A model generated the notes under the pieces. The model did not search any database. It was not told where the DNA came from and saw only the letters and a program-made list of their open reading frames with translations. This document shows, one piece after another, positions 41,623 through 55,400 of a stretch of 64,000 bases of DNA. Numbering within the stretch: the stretch's first letter is position 1; each line of letters starts with the position of its first letter. A program made the translations under genes and the position numbers. The DNA comes from Eledone cirrhosa (taxonomy: Eukaryota): the NCBI GenBank assembly GCA_964016885.1, contig OZ024740.1, positions 6,324,001 through 6,388,000 on the forward strand, given 5' to 3'.

Positions 41623-41844
41623 TATATATAACAGTAGTGCTAATGCCACAAAAAGCATCAGTCTATCCTGAAAGTGGTACTGTTGGTACCACAACAAAAG
41701 CACCCAGTATACACTGTAAGGTGGTTGGCATTAAGAAATGCATCTAGCAACAACAACAACACTGTTTAGTATTATCTAAAATACTAATCTACATCTCATA
41801 TACCTTTGTAATGATATATTTCATGGTTTTGTTTTAATTTGCAG

Positions 41845-41964
41845 CCAATTCTTCCGTTGGTAAAGAGAAAGGTAGAACAACGCCCCCCAATCTTGCTTCT
41901 CTACACCCCAGTTTTATTAAAACTAAACTACAGCTTGTAGACTTGGCTGGAAGTGAATGTGTTG
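41845..41964 (+). CDS. KIF25: Next internal exon of the KIF25-like kinesin, switch II region
   Basis: Acceptor ttttaatttgcag| and donor |gtaagt. 120 nt, phase 1 in and out, so it joins the previous exon in frame (A|CC = Thr). Translation NSSVGKEKGRTTPPNLASLHPSFIKTKLQLVDLAGSECV contains DLAGSE, with the KIF25-type continuation SECV. Not in the ORF track. Confidence 0.9.
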
Positions 41965-42019
41965 GTAAGTAGAGCAATATATTCTTGAAATTATTCTTGT
42001 TGTTATTGTTATATGTACC

Positions 42020-42410
42020 TTTACGTTCTGATTTCAAATCCGCCAAGTTTAGCTTTGCCTTTCATCCTTGCAGGGTTGATAAAATAATGTACCAGTCACG
42101 AATTGGGGATGAGGTAATCGACTTTCTCCTACCCCCAAAATTTCTGGCCTTATGCCTTGAGTAGAAACAATTATTATTAATCCAAACAGGTCGGTAGATT
42201 GACAATATTGGTAGAGCGTCAGACACATTGCTTTGCAGCATAGAGTTACAGCCTTTTACATTCTGATTTCATATCCCGCTGAGGATAGCTTTTCCTTTCA
42301 TCTTTCTGGAGTCAATAAAATAAAGAATCAGTAATGCACTGCGGCCGATTTAATCGACTTTCCCCTTCTCCCAAATTGTTGACCTGGTGCCTAAATCATA
42401 AACCATTATT
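42020..42410 (+). mobile_element. Two tandem copies of tRNA-derived SINE family A
   Basis: ttcaaatccgccaag..gctttgcctttcatccttgcagggttgataaaataatgtaccag and ttcatatcccgctgag..gcttttcctttcatctttctggagtcaataaaataaag. Confidence 0.8.
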
Positions 42411-42429
42411 ATTAATCTAAATAAAGCTA

Positions 42430-43105
42430 GAAACTCTTGACAAGATACCTGACCTGATTGAATGACAAAACGGTCAGCAGCAGTTTTAATCGAAGATAGA
42501 ACGTGTAGGTGTCCCTCCTGTGGCAGCACAAACCACTTTAAAGCTGTTTTTCCACAACAAAACCCTGCATTGTTATCACCACCACAACTGCAACATCAAT
42601 AAAAACAATCACATTACCAATAGCAACCACAGCAGTACCAACAGCAAAACCAACAAAATCAAACCTAACAACAACAGTAGCAGACACCAACAACAATTCC
42701 ACCTGAATCTCTACCAACACCACACTGTCCACCACAAGCCAATCACATAACTCTCTATTCCTCTGCTCCCTACTCCCAACATGGACTCTCTACTGTGAGA
42801 CAGAGAAGAGGGTGAAGAAGAAAGACCAACACTGAACCTGTTACAAACACCACAAACTCAGCATAGGAGGAAGCAGAACCGTGCCAGCCAGTGGAAATGT
42901 TTGCTGTTGGACCATGGGAAGAAGGAGGACCGTGCCAGCCAGTGGAAAAGTCTGCTGCTGGACCAATAGCTCGGTCAAAGCGCTTGGAGTCTGGTTTGGA
43001 CCAGACCACCAGGTAGACAAGAACTGGGAAGAGGTCACTACAAAGGTAGCCAATCTCCCCCAGAAATGGGCAGAGAGGAAGCTGTCCCTCAAAGGTTATG
43101 TCTGA
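42430..43105 (+). mobile_element. Internally deleted L1/Tx1-like retrotransposon fragment (ORF1 zinc knuckle joined to a post-RT ORF2 piece)
   Basis: DKIPDLIE..AVLIEDRTCRCPSCGSTNHFKAVFP (degenerate CX2CX4HX4C), then a T/N/Q-rich linker, then WTNSSVKALGVWFGPDHQVDKNWEEVTTKVANLPQKWAERKLSLKG, typical of the L1/Tx1 post-RT region. Confidence 0.7.
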
Positions 43106-43199
43106 CAGTTCACACCTATGCAGGTTTAGCTGGTCTCCTCCAAGGTATATCTCGTTGGAGGTGTCTTGGGTGATTTAATGATAGGGACCCCAGTCCTAT

Positions 43200-43340
43200 C
43201 ATCTCATTTCTACAGCTGAGTAAACTGGAGCAATGTGAAATAAAGTGTCTTATTCAAGGAAACATCACATCACCCGGTCCGAGAATTGAACTCACAACCT
43301 TTTGATTGTAAGCCCAATGCTCTAACCACTAAGCCATGCT
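43200..43340 (-). mobile_element. tRNA-derived SINE, family B
   Basis: Reverse complement begins gcatggcttagtggttagagcattgggcttacaatc...gtgagttcaattctcgg (A and B boxes), followed by ccttgaataagacactttatttcacattgctccagtttactcagctg. Confidence 0.8.
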
Positions 43341-43427
43341 TCAAAGGTTGAGCAGAAGTGGCAAATACTTACATTTGGCTGTATACTACTGCCTGTCTGT
43401 CGTATCATACAATTTTAATATCTGTGA

Positions 43428-43680
43428 AGTAACAGAATAATCTGGGGCATTGTGTGGGGTTTCTCCCTAGAATTACCCTAAAGTCCCCACATGAGAACTT
43501 TTCTTAATTGACTATCACAGAGTAATCCAGGGCTTTGTATGGGGTTTCTTCCTGTGATTACTCTAAAGCCCAGTCCCCCTGCTACCCACTATTCACGAAC
43601 TGTCTCTAGTCAACAGTAACAGAATAATCTGGGGTTTTGCGTGGGGTTTCTTCTTGCAATTACCCTAAAGCGTTCCCCCA
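43428..43680. repeat. Three degenerate copies of an 85-100-bp unit (TAATCTGGGG..GTGGGGTTTCT..ATTACCCTAAAG)
   Basis: Core starts at ~43438, 43523 and 43625. Confidence 0.7.
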
Positions 43681-44419
43681 TTATTGGGAACTTGTATTTG
43701 CAAACATTTGTTATTGTTTTCTTTATTGTTCTATTGTTCTATATATTTATTAAACTTTCTATTATTGTTATCCCAACTGTATGTCTCCTTTCTTGAGAGC
43801 CCAAACAAATACTGTAAAGAATCTCATCTGGTACTCTAACAGTTCCACCAATCCACTTCCTTCGACTGGTACTTCATTTAACAACCCTTAAAGGGTGATA
43901 GGCAAAGTTAACCTCAGTGGTCCTCTCAAGACAGCTAGTTCTACTCAAATACTGTTAAATCTAGCAGATTGTTCATGTTTTCTGCAGTAAAATTCCAACA
44001 TCTATTTTGACATATAATTTGTCGATATCTTTACACAAGCAGCATTATATCATTCTGTTTCTAACAATCAAAGAACAAAAGTCAAAGTCATATTTCCTAA
44101 ATGCCACAAAGATTTCAATTCAATGCTTTAGTTAGTGAAATTCTTCACTCTCTTCTTACCTTCTTTCTCAACAACAGCAACATGGCTTTTTCTACCATTA
44201 TTGCTATGGCAATTATAAAGGCATCATTGTGAATTTTTGTCATACAATTCCTTCTAGAAGAATCGAAGATCATGCTGTGTGTTAGGTTTCAATGAGGCAA
44301 GGTTTTTGTCATTTCTATTTCCTAAGAGTACCAATGGAAGTCTAGGACATTATTAACAGATGTCCATCGAAAAGAAGCAGAAACTGGACAGCTAATTATG
44401 TAGTTTTGAGTATTTATAG

Positions 44420-45262
<843 letters not shown>

Positions 45263-45555
45263 AGCTAAAGGAAAACCTGGATATAAGAGGAATTTCATGT
45301 AGTGAGCTAGAGAAGTGACTGCATTGATGTGTGATGTCAGTTGTATAGAGATGTACCGTTTGGAGTGGATGGAATCTATAGGAGACATTGTATAAAGGGT
45401 CACCACATGAAGAAAATGACAAAGGACCGTGACAGGTGATATCAAACCTAACATTTGGTGACATGAGAAGAGGATAGTTATAATGAGGCGGAATGTATCA
45501 TTGGACCTCTTATATTCTTGATAAGTCTCCAACTGTCTTATTTAGACGCCTTAGT

Positions 45556-46350
45556 ATCATCATCATCATCATTACCGTTTAACATCCATTTTTCCATCCT
45601 AGTATGAGTTAGATGAGTTGTCCCATTGTCAGACAAATCATATCATTTGACCTTGTCTTGCTCTTACAAGAACAGTTTCTCACTTGGTTTCTACGACTAG
45701 ATGCTCGTCCTAATGCCAACCAAATTTACAGAGTGGACTGGGTGCTCTTTATCATGGCATCAAAACAAACATTTTACAGTGTGGACTGGGTGCTTTTTAT
45801 TATGACGCCAAAACGACCACTTTACAGTGGGGGCTGGGTGCTTTCCTTGATAAGTCACCAACAGTCCTATTTGCCAGCCTCTCTTATATCCCTCAGTCTC
45901 CCATTCACATTACCCTGTTAACTGTACAATGGAGAATGGTAGTTTATTGTTTGACACCAACATCACATATACCAAATCAACATTAAATCCAGACATCAGA
46001 CACCTGAAGTATTGATGTTATTTAAATGCTGCCAGAACTAATGACATCAGCAAAGTGTCCTCCTCATTGTCATCATCATCATTTTAATGTCTGCTTTCCC
46101 TGCAAGGGTTGGACAGGTCTACATAGATCAATTCAGTACTGAAGTGGAGGCACAGATCTTCTAGACAAGCCAGGGATCTGCATCTCACTTATATATGATC
46201 TCATATTCTACCAAGTACACAGGGACGGTAGTCATGTCTTTGACACAACTAAGGGTCCTCCCAACTCTTTATTTGACAAATTTTCTACAGCTGAATGCCC
46301 TTCCTATCACCAGCCACTTTACAGCATGTACTCGGTGCATTTATCGTGTA
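45556..46350 (-). mobile_element. Two RTE-type 3'-end fragments (45556-45850, 46070-46350) directly upstream of the 58-bp satellite
   Basis: Each starts with a (CAT)n tail plus tttaacatccatttttcc or tttaatgtctgctttccc and contains tttctac..ctRRatgc..tcctaWYRccaRcca..tttacag. Confidence 0.75.
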
Positions 46351-46420
46351 GATCATCAAACACTGTGGGATGAAATTTCTTGATGTGACTGAAGGGTCCT
46401 CCCAGGATTGGGTTGGCAAT

Positions 46421-49400
46421 CTTTATATGGCTGGATACCCTTCCTATTACCAACCACACTACAACATGTACTGGCTGTGTATCCATGGCTAGATACCCTT
46501 CCTATTACCAACCACACTACAACATGTACTGGATGTGTTTCTATGATAATAGGAATGGTATCTAGCAATATAAACATTGCCGGTACATGTTGTAGTGTGG
46601 TTGGTAATAGGAAGGGTATCTAGCCATAGAAACACAACCACTACATGTTGTGGTGTGGTTGGTAATAGGAAGGGTATCTAGCCATAGAAACACAACCACT
46701 ACATGTTGTAGTGTGGTTGGTAATAAGAAGGATATCTAGCCATAGAAACACAGCCACTACATGTTGTAGTGTGGTTGGTAATAGGAAGGGTATCTAGCCA
46801 TAGAAACACAACCACTACATGTTGTAGTGTGGTTGGTAATAAGAAGGGTATCTAGCCATAGAAACACAGCCACTACATGTTGTGGTGTGGTTGGTAATAG
46901 GAAGGGTATCTAGCCATAGAAACACAACCACTACATGTTGTAGTGTGGTTGGTAATAAGAAGGATATCTAGCCATAGAAACACAGCCACTACATGTTGTA
47001 GTGTGGTTGGTAATAGGAAGGGTATCTAGCCATAGAAACACAACCACTACATGTTGTAGTGTGGTTGGTAATAAGAAGGGTATCTAGCCATAGAAACACA
47101 GCCACTACATGTTGTGGTGTGGTTGGTAATAGGAAGGGTATCTAGCCATAGAAACGCAGCCACTACATGTTGTAGTGTGGTTGGTAATAGGAAGGGTATC
47201 TAGCCATTGAAACACAGCCAGTACATGTTGTAGTGTGGTTGGTAATAGGAAGGGTATCTAACCATAGAAACACTGCCAGTAGATGTTGTAGTGTGGTTGG
47301 TAATAGGAAGGGTATCTAGCCATAGAAACACAGCCATTACATGTTGTAGTGTGGTTGGTAATAGGAAGGGTATCTAGCCATAGAAACACAGCCACTACAT
47401 GTTGTATTGTGGTTGGTAATAGGAAGGGTATCTAGCAATAGAAACACAACCTGTAGATATTGTAGTGTTGTTGGTAATAGGAAGGATATTTAGCCATTGA
47501 AACACAGCCAGTACATTACAACATGTACTGGCTGTGTTTCTATGGCTAGACACCCTTCCCATTACCAACCACACTACAACATGTACTGGCTGTGTTTCTA
47601 TGGCTAGATACCCTTCCTATTACCAACCACACTACAACATGTACTCGCAGTGTTTCTATGGCTAGATACCCTTCCTATTACCAACCACACTACAACATGT
47701 ACTGGCTGTGTTTCTATGGCTAGATACCCTTCCTATTACCAACCACACTACAACATGTACTGGCTGTGTTTCTATGGCTAGATAACCTTCCTATTACCAA
47801 CCACACTACAACATGTACTGGATGTATTTCTAATGGCTAGATACCCTTCCTATTACCAACCACACTGGAACATGTACTGGCTGTGTTTCTATGGCTAGAT
47901 ATCCTTCCTATTACCAACCACACTGGAACATGTACTGGCTGTGTTTCAATGGCTACATACCCTTCCTATTACCAACCACACTACAACATGTAGTGGCTGT
48001 GTTTCTATGGCTAGATACCCTTCCTATTATCAACCACACTACAACATGTACTGGCTGTGTTTCTATTGCCAGATACCCTTCATATTACCAACCACACTAC
48101 AACATGTAGTGGCTGTGTTTCTATGGCTAGATACCCTTCCTATTACCAACCACACTACAACATGTACTCGCAGTGTTTCTATGGCTAGATACCCTTCCTA
48201 TTACCAACCACACTGGAACATGTACTGGCTGTGTTTCAATGGCTACATACCCTTCCTATTACCAACCACACTACAACATGTAGTGGCTGTGTTTCTATGG
48301 CTAGATATCCTTCCTATTACCAACCACACAGCAACATGTACTGGCTGTGTTTCTATGGCTAGATACCCTTCCTATTACCAACCACACTACAACATTTACT
48401 GGATGTGTTTCTATGGCTAGATACCCTTCCTATTACCAACCACACTACAACATGTACTGGATGTGTTTCTATGGCTAGATACCCTTCCTATTACCAACCA
48501 CACTACAACATGTACTGGATGTATTTCTAATGGCTAGATACCCTTCCTATTACCAACCACACTGGAACATGTACTGGCTGTGTTTCTATGGCTAGATATC
48601 CTTCCTATTACCAACCACACTGCAACATGTACTGGCTGTGTTTCTATGGCTAGATGCCCTTCCTATTACCAACCACACTACAACATGTACTGGATGTGTT
48701 TCTATGGCTAGATACCCTTCCTATTACCAACCACACTACAACATGTACTGGATGTGTTTCTATGGCTAGATACCCTTCCTGTTACCAACCACACTACAAC
48801 ATGTAGTGGCTGTGTTTCTATGGCTAAATATCCTTCCTATTACCAACCACACTACAACATGTACTGGCTGTGTTTCTATTGTAGATACCCTTCCTATTAC
48901 CAACCACACTACAACATGTACTGGCAAAATTTCTATGGCTGGATACCCTTCCTATTACCAACCACACTACAAAATGTACTGGCAGTGTTTCTATGGCTAG
49001 ATACCCATCCTATTACCAACCACACTACAACATGTACTCGATGTGTTTCTATGGCTAGATACCCTTCCTATTACCAACCACACTACAACATGTACTGGCT
49101 GTGTTTCTATGGCTAGATACCCTTCCTATTACCAACCACACTACAACATGTAGTGGCTGCGTTTCTATGGCTAGATACCCTTCCTATTACCAACAGCACT
49201 ACAACATGTACTGGTTGTGTATCTATAGCTAAATATCCTTCCTATTACCAACCACACTACAACATGTACTGGCTGTGTTTCTATGGCTAGATACCCATCC
49301 TATTACCAACCACACTACACCATGTAGTGGCTGTGTTTCTATGGCAAGATACCCTTCCTATTACCGACCACACTACAACATGTACTGGCTGTGTTTCTAT

Positions 49401-52400
49401 GATAATAGGAATGGTATCTTGCAATAGAAACATTGCCGGTACATGTTGTAGTGTGGTTGGTAATAGGAAAGGTATCTAGCCATAGAAACACAGCCAGTAC
49501 ATGTTGTAGTGTGGTTTGTAATAGGAAGGGTATCTAGCCCTAGAAATACAGCCACTACATGTTGTAGTGTGGTCGGTAATAGGAAGGGTATCTAGCCATA
49601 GAAACACAGCCAGTACATGTTCTAGTGTGGTTGGTATAAGGAAGGGTATCTAGCCATAGAAACACTGCCAGTACATGTTCCAGTGTGGTTGGTAATAGGA
49701 AGGGTATCTAGCCATAGAAACACAGCCAGTACATGTTGTAGTGTGGTTGGTAATAGGAAGGGTATCTAGCAATAGAAACACAACCAGTAGATATTGTAGT
49801 GTTGTTGGTAATAGGAAGGATATTTAGCCATTGAAACACAGCCAGTACACTACAACATGTACTGGCTGTGTTTCTATGGCTAAATACCCTTCCTATTACA
49901 AACCACACTACAACATGTACGGGCTGTGTTTCTATGGCTAGATACCCTTCCTATTACCAACCACACTACAACATGTACTGGCAGTGTTTCTATGGCTAGA
50001 TACCCTTCCTATTACCAACCACCCTACAGCATGTAGTGGCTGTGTTTCTATGGCTAGATACCCTTCCTATTACCAACCACACTACAACATCTACTGGCTT
50101 TTTTTCTATGGCAACATACCCTTCCTATTACCAACAACACTACAACATGTACTGGCTGTGTTTCTATGGCTAGATACCCTTCCTATAACCAACCACACTA
50201 CAATATGTACTGGCTGTGTTTCTATGGCTAGATACCCTTCCTATTACCAACCACACTACACCATGTAGTGGCTGTGTTTCTATGGCATGATACCCTTCCT
50301 ATTACCGACCACACTACAAGATGTACTGGCACTGTTTCTATGGCAACATACCCTTCGTATTACCAACCACACTACAACATGTACTGGCAGTGTTTCCATG
50401 GCTAGATAGCTTTCCTATTACCAACAACACTACACCATGTACCGGCAATGTTTCTATGGCTAGATACCCTTCCTACTACCAACCACACTACAGCATGTAC
50501 TCGCAGTGTTTCAATGGCTAGATACCCTTCCTATTACCAACCACACTACAACATGTAGTGGCTGTGTTTATATGGCTAGATACCCTTCCTATTACCAACA
50601 ACACTACACCATGTACCGGCAATGTTTCTATGGCTAGATACCCTTCCTATTACCAACCACACTACAACATGTACTGGCAGTGTTTCTATGTCTAGATACC
50701 CTTCTTATTACCAAGCACACTACAACATGTACTGGCAGTGTTTCTATGGCTAGATACCCATCCTATTAGCAACTACACTACAACATGTACTGGCAAACTT
50801 TCTATGGCTGGATACCCTTCCTATTACCAACCATACTACAATATGTACTCGCTGTGTTTCTATGGTTAGATACCCTTCCTATTACCAACCACACTACAAC
50901 ATGTAGTGGCTGTGTATCTATGGCTAGATACCCTTCCTATTACCAACCACACTACAACATGTACGGGTTGTGTTTATATGGCTAGATACCCTTCCTATTA
51001 CCAACCACACTACAACATGTACTGGTTGTGTTTCTATGGCCACTACATGTTGTAGTGTGGTTGGTAATAGGAAGGGTATCTAGCCATTGAAACACAGCCA
51101 CTACATGTTGTAGTGTGGTTGGTAATAGGAAGGGTATCTAGCCATTGAAACACAGCCACTACATGTTGTAGTGTGGTTGGTAATTGGAAGCGTATCTAGC
51201 CATTGAAACACAGCCACTATATGTTGTAGTGAGGTTGGTAATAGGAAGGGCATCTAGCCATAGAAACACAGCCACTACCTGTTGTAGTGTGGTTGGTAAT
51301 AGGAAGGGTATCTAGCCATTGAAACACAGCCACTACATGTTGTAGTGTGGTTGGTAATAGGAAGGGTATCTAGCCATTGGAACACAGCCACTACATGTAG
51401 TGTGGTTGGTAATAGGAAGGGTATCTAGCCATAGAAACACAGCCACTACATGTTGTAGTGTGGTTGGTAATAGGAAGGGTATCTAGCCATAGTAATACAG
51501 CCAGTACATGTTGTAGTGTGGTTGGTAATAGGAAGGGTATCTAGCCATAGAAACACAGCCACTACATGTTGTAGTGTGGTTGGTAATAGGAAGGGTATCT
51601 AGCCATAGAAACACAGCCACTACATGTTGTAGTGTGGTTGGTAATAGGAAGTGTATCTAGCCATAGAAGCACAGCCACTACATGTTGTAGTGTGGTTGGT
51701 AATAGGAAGGGTATCTAGCCATAGAAACACAGCCAGTACATGTTGTAATGTGGTTGGTAATAGGAAGGGTATCTAGCCATAGAAACACAGCCACTACATG
51801 TTGTAGTGTGGCTGGTAATAGGAAGGGTATCTAGCCATAGAAACACAGCCACTACATGTTGTAGTGTGGTTGGTAATAGGAAGGGCATCTAGCCATAGAA
51901 ACACAGCCACTACATGTTGTAGTGTGGTTGGTAATAGGAAGGGTATCTAGCCATAGAAAAACAGCCACTACATGTTGTAGTGTCGTTGGTAATAGGAAGG
52001 GTATCTAGCCATAGAAACACAGCCACTACATGTTGTAGTGTGGTTGGTAATAGGAAGGGTATCTAGCCATTGAAACACAGCCATTACATGTTGTAGTGTG
52101 GTTGATAATAGGAAGGGTATCTAGCCATAGAAACACAGCTAGTACATGTTGTAGTGTGGTTGGTAATAGGAAGGGTATCTAGCCATAGAAACACAGCCAC
52201 TACATGTTGTAGTGTGGTTGATAATAGGAAGGGTATCTAGCCATAGTAATACAGCCACTACATGTTGTAGTGTGGTTGGTAATAGGAAAGGTATCTAGCC
52301 ATAGAAACACAGCCACTAAATGTTGTAGTGTGGTTGGTAATAGGAAGGGTATCTAGCCATTGGAACACAGCCACTACATGTAGTGTGGTTGGTAATAGGA

Positions 52401-55400
52401 AGGGTATCTAGCCATAGAAACACAGCCACTACATGTTGTAGTGTGGTTGGTAATAGGAAGGGTATCTAGCCATAGTAATACAGCCAGTACATGTTGTAGT
52501 GTGGTTGGTAATAGGAAGGGTATCTAGCCATTGAAACACAGCCACTACATGTTGTAGTGTGGTTGGTAATTGGAAGCGTATCTAGCCATTGAAACACAGC
52601 CACTACATGTTGTAGTGTGGTTGGTAATAGGAAGTGTATCTAGCCATAGAAGCACAGCCACTACATGTTGTAGTGTGGTTGGTAATAGGAAGGGTATCTA
52701 GCCATAGAAACACAGCCACTACATGTTGTAGTGTGGTTGGTAATAGGAAGGGTATCTAGCCATAGAAACACAGCCACTACATGTTGTAGTGTGGTTGGTA
52801 ATAGGAAGGGTATCTAGCCATAGAAGCACAGCCACTACATGTTGTAGTGTGGCTGGTAATAGAAAGGGTATCTAGCCATAGAAACACAGCCACTACATGT
52901 TGTAGTGTGGCTGGTAATAGGAAGGGTATCTAGCCTTGGAAACACAGCCACTACATGTTGTATTGTTGTTGGTAATAGGAAGGGTATCTAGCCATAGAAA
53001 CACAGCCACTACATGTTGTAGTGTCGTTGGTAAGAGGAAGGGTATCTAGCCATAGAAACACAGCCATTACATGTTGTAGTGTGGTTGGTAATAGGAAGGG
53101 TATCTAGCCATTGAAACACAGCCATTACATGTTGTAGTGTGGTTGATAATAGGAAGGGTATCTAGCCATAGAAACACAGCTAGTACATGTTGTAGTGTGG
53201 TTGGTAATAGGAAGGGTATCTAGCCATAGAAACACAGCCACTACATGTTGTAGTGTGGTTGATAATAGGAAGGGTATCTAGCCATAGTAATACAGCCACT
53301 ACATGTTGTAGTGTGGTTGGTAATAGGAAGGGTATCTAGCCATAGTAATACAGCCACTACATGTTGTAGTGTGGTTGGTAATAGGAAGGGTATCTAGCCA
53401 TAGAAACACAGCCACTACATGTTGTAGTGTGGTTGATAATAGGAAGGGTATCTAGCCATAGTAATACAGCCACTACATGTTGTAGTGTGGTTGGTAATAG
53501 GAAGGGTATCTAGCCATAGAAACACAGCTAGTACATCTTGTAGTGTGGTTGGTAATAGGAAGGGTATCTAGCAATAGAAACACTGCCAGTACATGTTGTA
53601 GTGTGGTTGGTAATAGGAAGGGTAACTAGCAATAGAAACACTGCCGGTACATGTTGTAGTGTGGTTGGTAATAGAAAGGGTATCTAGCCATTGAAACACT
53701 GCCAGTACATGTTGTAGTGTGGTTGGTAATATGAAGGGTATCTAGTCATAGAAACACATCCAGTACATGTTGTAGTGTGGTTGGTAATAGGAAGGGTATC
53801 TAGCCATTGAAACACAGCCACTACCTGTTGTAGTGTGGTTGGTAATAGGAAGGTTATCTATGGCTAGATACCCTTCCTATTACCAACCACACTACAACAT
53901 GTACTGGATGTGTTTCTATGACTAGATACCCTTCCTATTACCAACCGCACAACAACATGTAGTGGCTGTGTTTCTATGGCTAGATACCCTTCCTATTACC
54001 AACAACACTACACTATGTACCGGCAGTGTTTCTATGGCTAGATACCCTTCCTTCTACCAACCACACTACAGCATGTACTGGCAGTGTTTCTATGGCTAGA
54101 TACCCTTCCTATAACCAACCACACTACAACATGTACTGGCTGTGTTTCTATGGCTAGATACCCTTCCTATAACCAACCACACTACAACATGTACTGGCTG
54201 TGTTTCTATGGCTAGATACCCTTCCTATAACCAACCACACTACAACATGTACTGGCTGTGTTTCTATGGCTAGATACCCTTCCTATTACCAACCACACTA
54301 CAATATGTACTGGATGTGTTTCTATGGCTAGATACCCTTCCTATTACCAACCACACTACAACATGTACTGGCAAACTTTCTATGGCTGGATACCCTTCCT
54401 ATTACCAACCACACAACAACATGTACGGGTTGTGTTTCTATGGCTAGATACCCTTCCTATTACCAACTGCACTACAACATGTACTGGCTTTGTTTCTATG
54501 GCAACATACCCTTCGTATTAACAACCACACTTCAACATGTACTGGCAGTGTTTCTATGGCTAGATACCCTTCCTATTACCAACTGCACTACAACATGTAC
54601 TGGCTGTGTTTCTATGGCAACATACCCTTCCTATTACCAACCACACTCCAACATGTACTGGCTGTGTTTCTATGGCAACATACCCTTCGTATTAACAACC
54701 ACACTTCAACATGTACTGGCAGTGTTTCTATGGCTAGATACCCTTCCTATTACCAACTGCACTACAACATGTAGTGGCTGTGTTTCTATGATAATAGGAA
54801 TGGTATCTAGCAATAGAAACATTGCCGGTACATGTTGTAGTGTGGTTGGTAATAGGAAGGGTATCTAGCCTTGGAAACACAGCCACTACATGTTGTATTG
54901 TTGTTGGTAATAGGAAGGGTATCTAGCCTTGGAAACACAGCCACTACATGTTGTATTGTTGTTGGTAATAGGAAGGGTATCTAGCCATAGAAACACAACC
55001 ACTACATGTATTTGTGTGGTTGGTAATAGGAAGGGTATCTAGCCATAGAAACACAGCCACTACATGTTGTAGTGTGGCTGGTAATAGGAAGGGTATCTAG
55101 CCTTGGAAACACAGCCACTACATGTTGTATTGTTGTTGGTAATAGGAAGGTTATCTAGCCATAGAAACACAACCACTACATGTTGTAGTGTGGTTGGTAA
55201 TAGGAAGGGTATCTAGCCATAGAAACACAGCCACTACATGTTGTAGTGTGGTTGATAAAAGGAATGGCATCTAGCGATAGAAACACAGCCACTACATGTT
55301 GTGTGGTTGGTAATAGGAAGGGCATCTAGCCATAGAAACACAGCCACTACATGTTGTAGTGTGGTTGGTAATAGGAAGGGCATCTAGCCATAGAAACACA

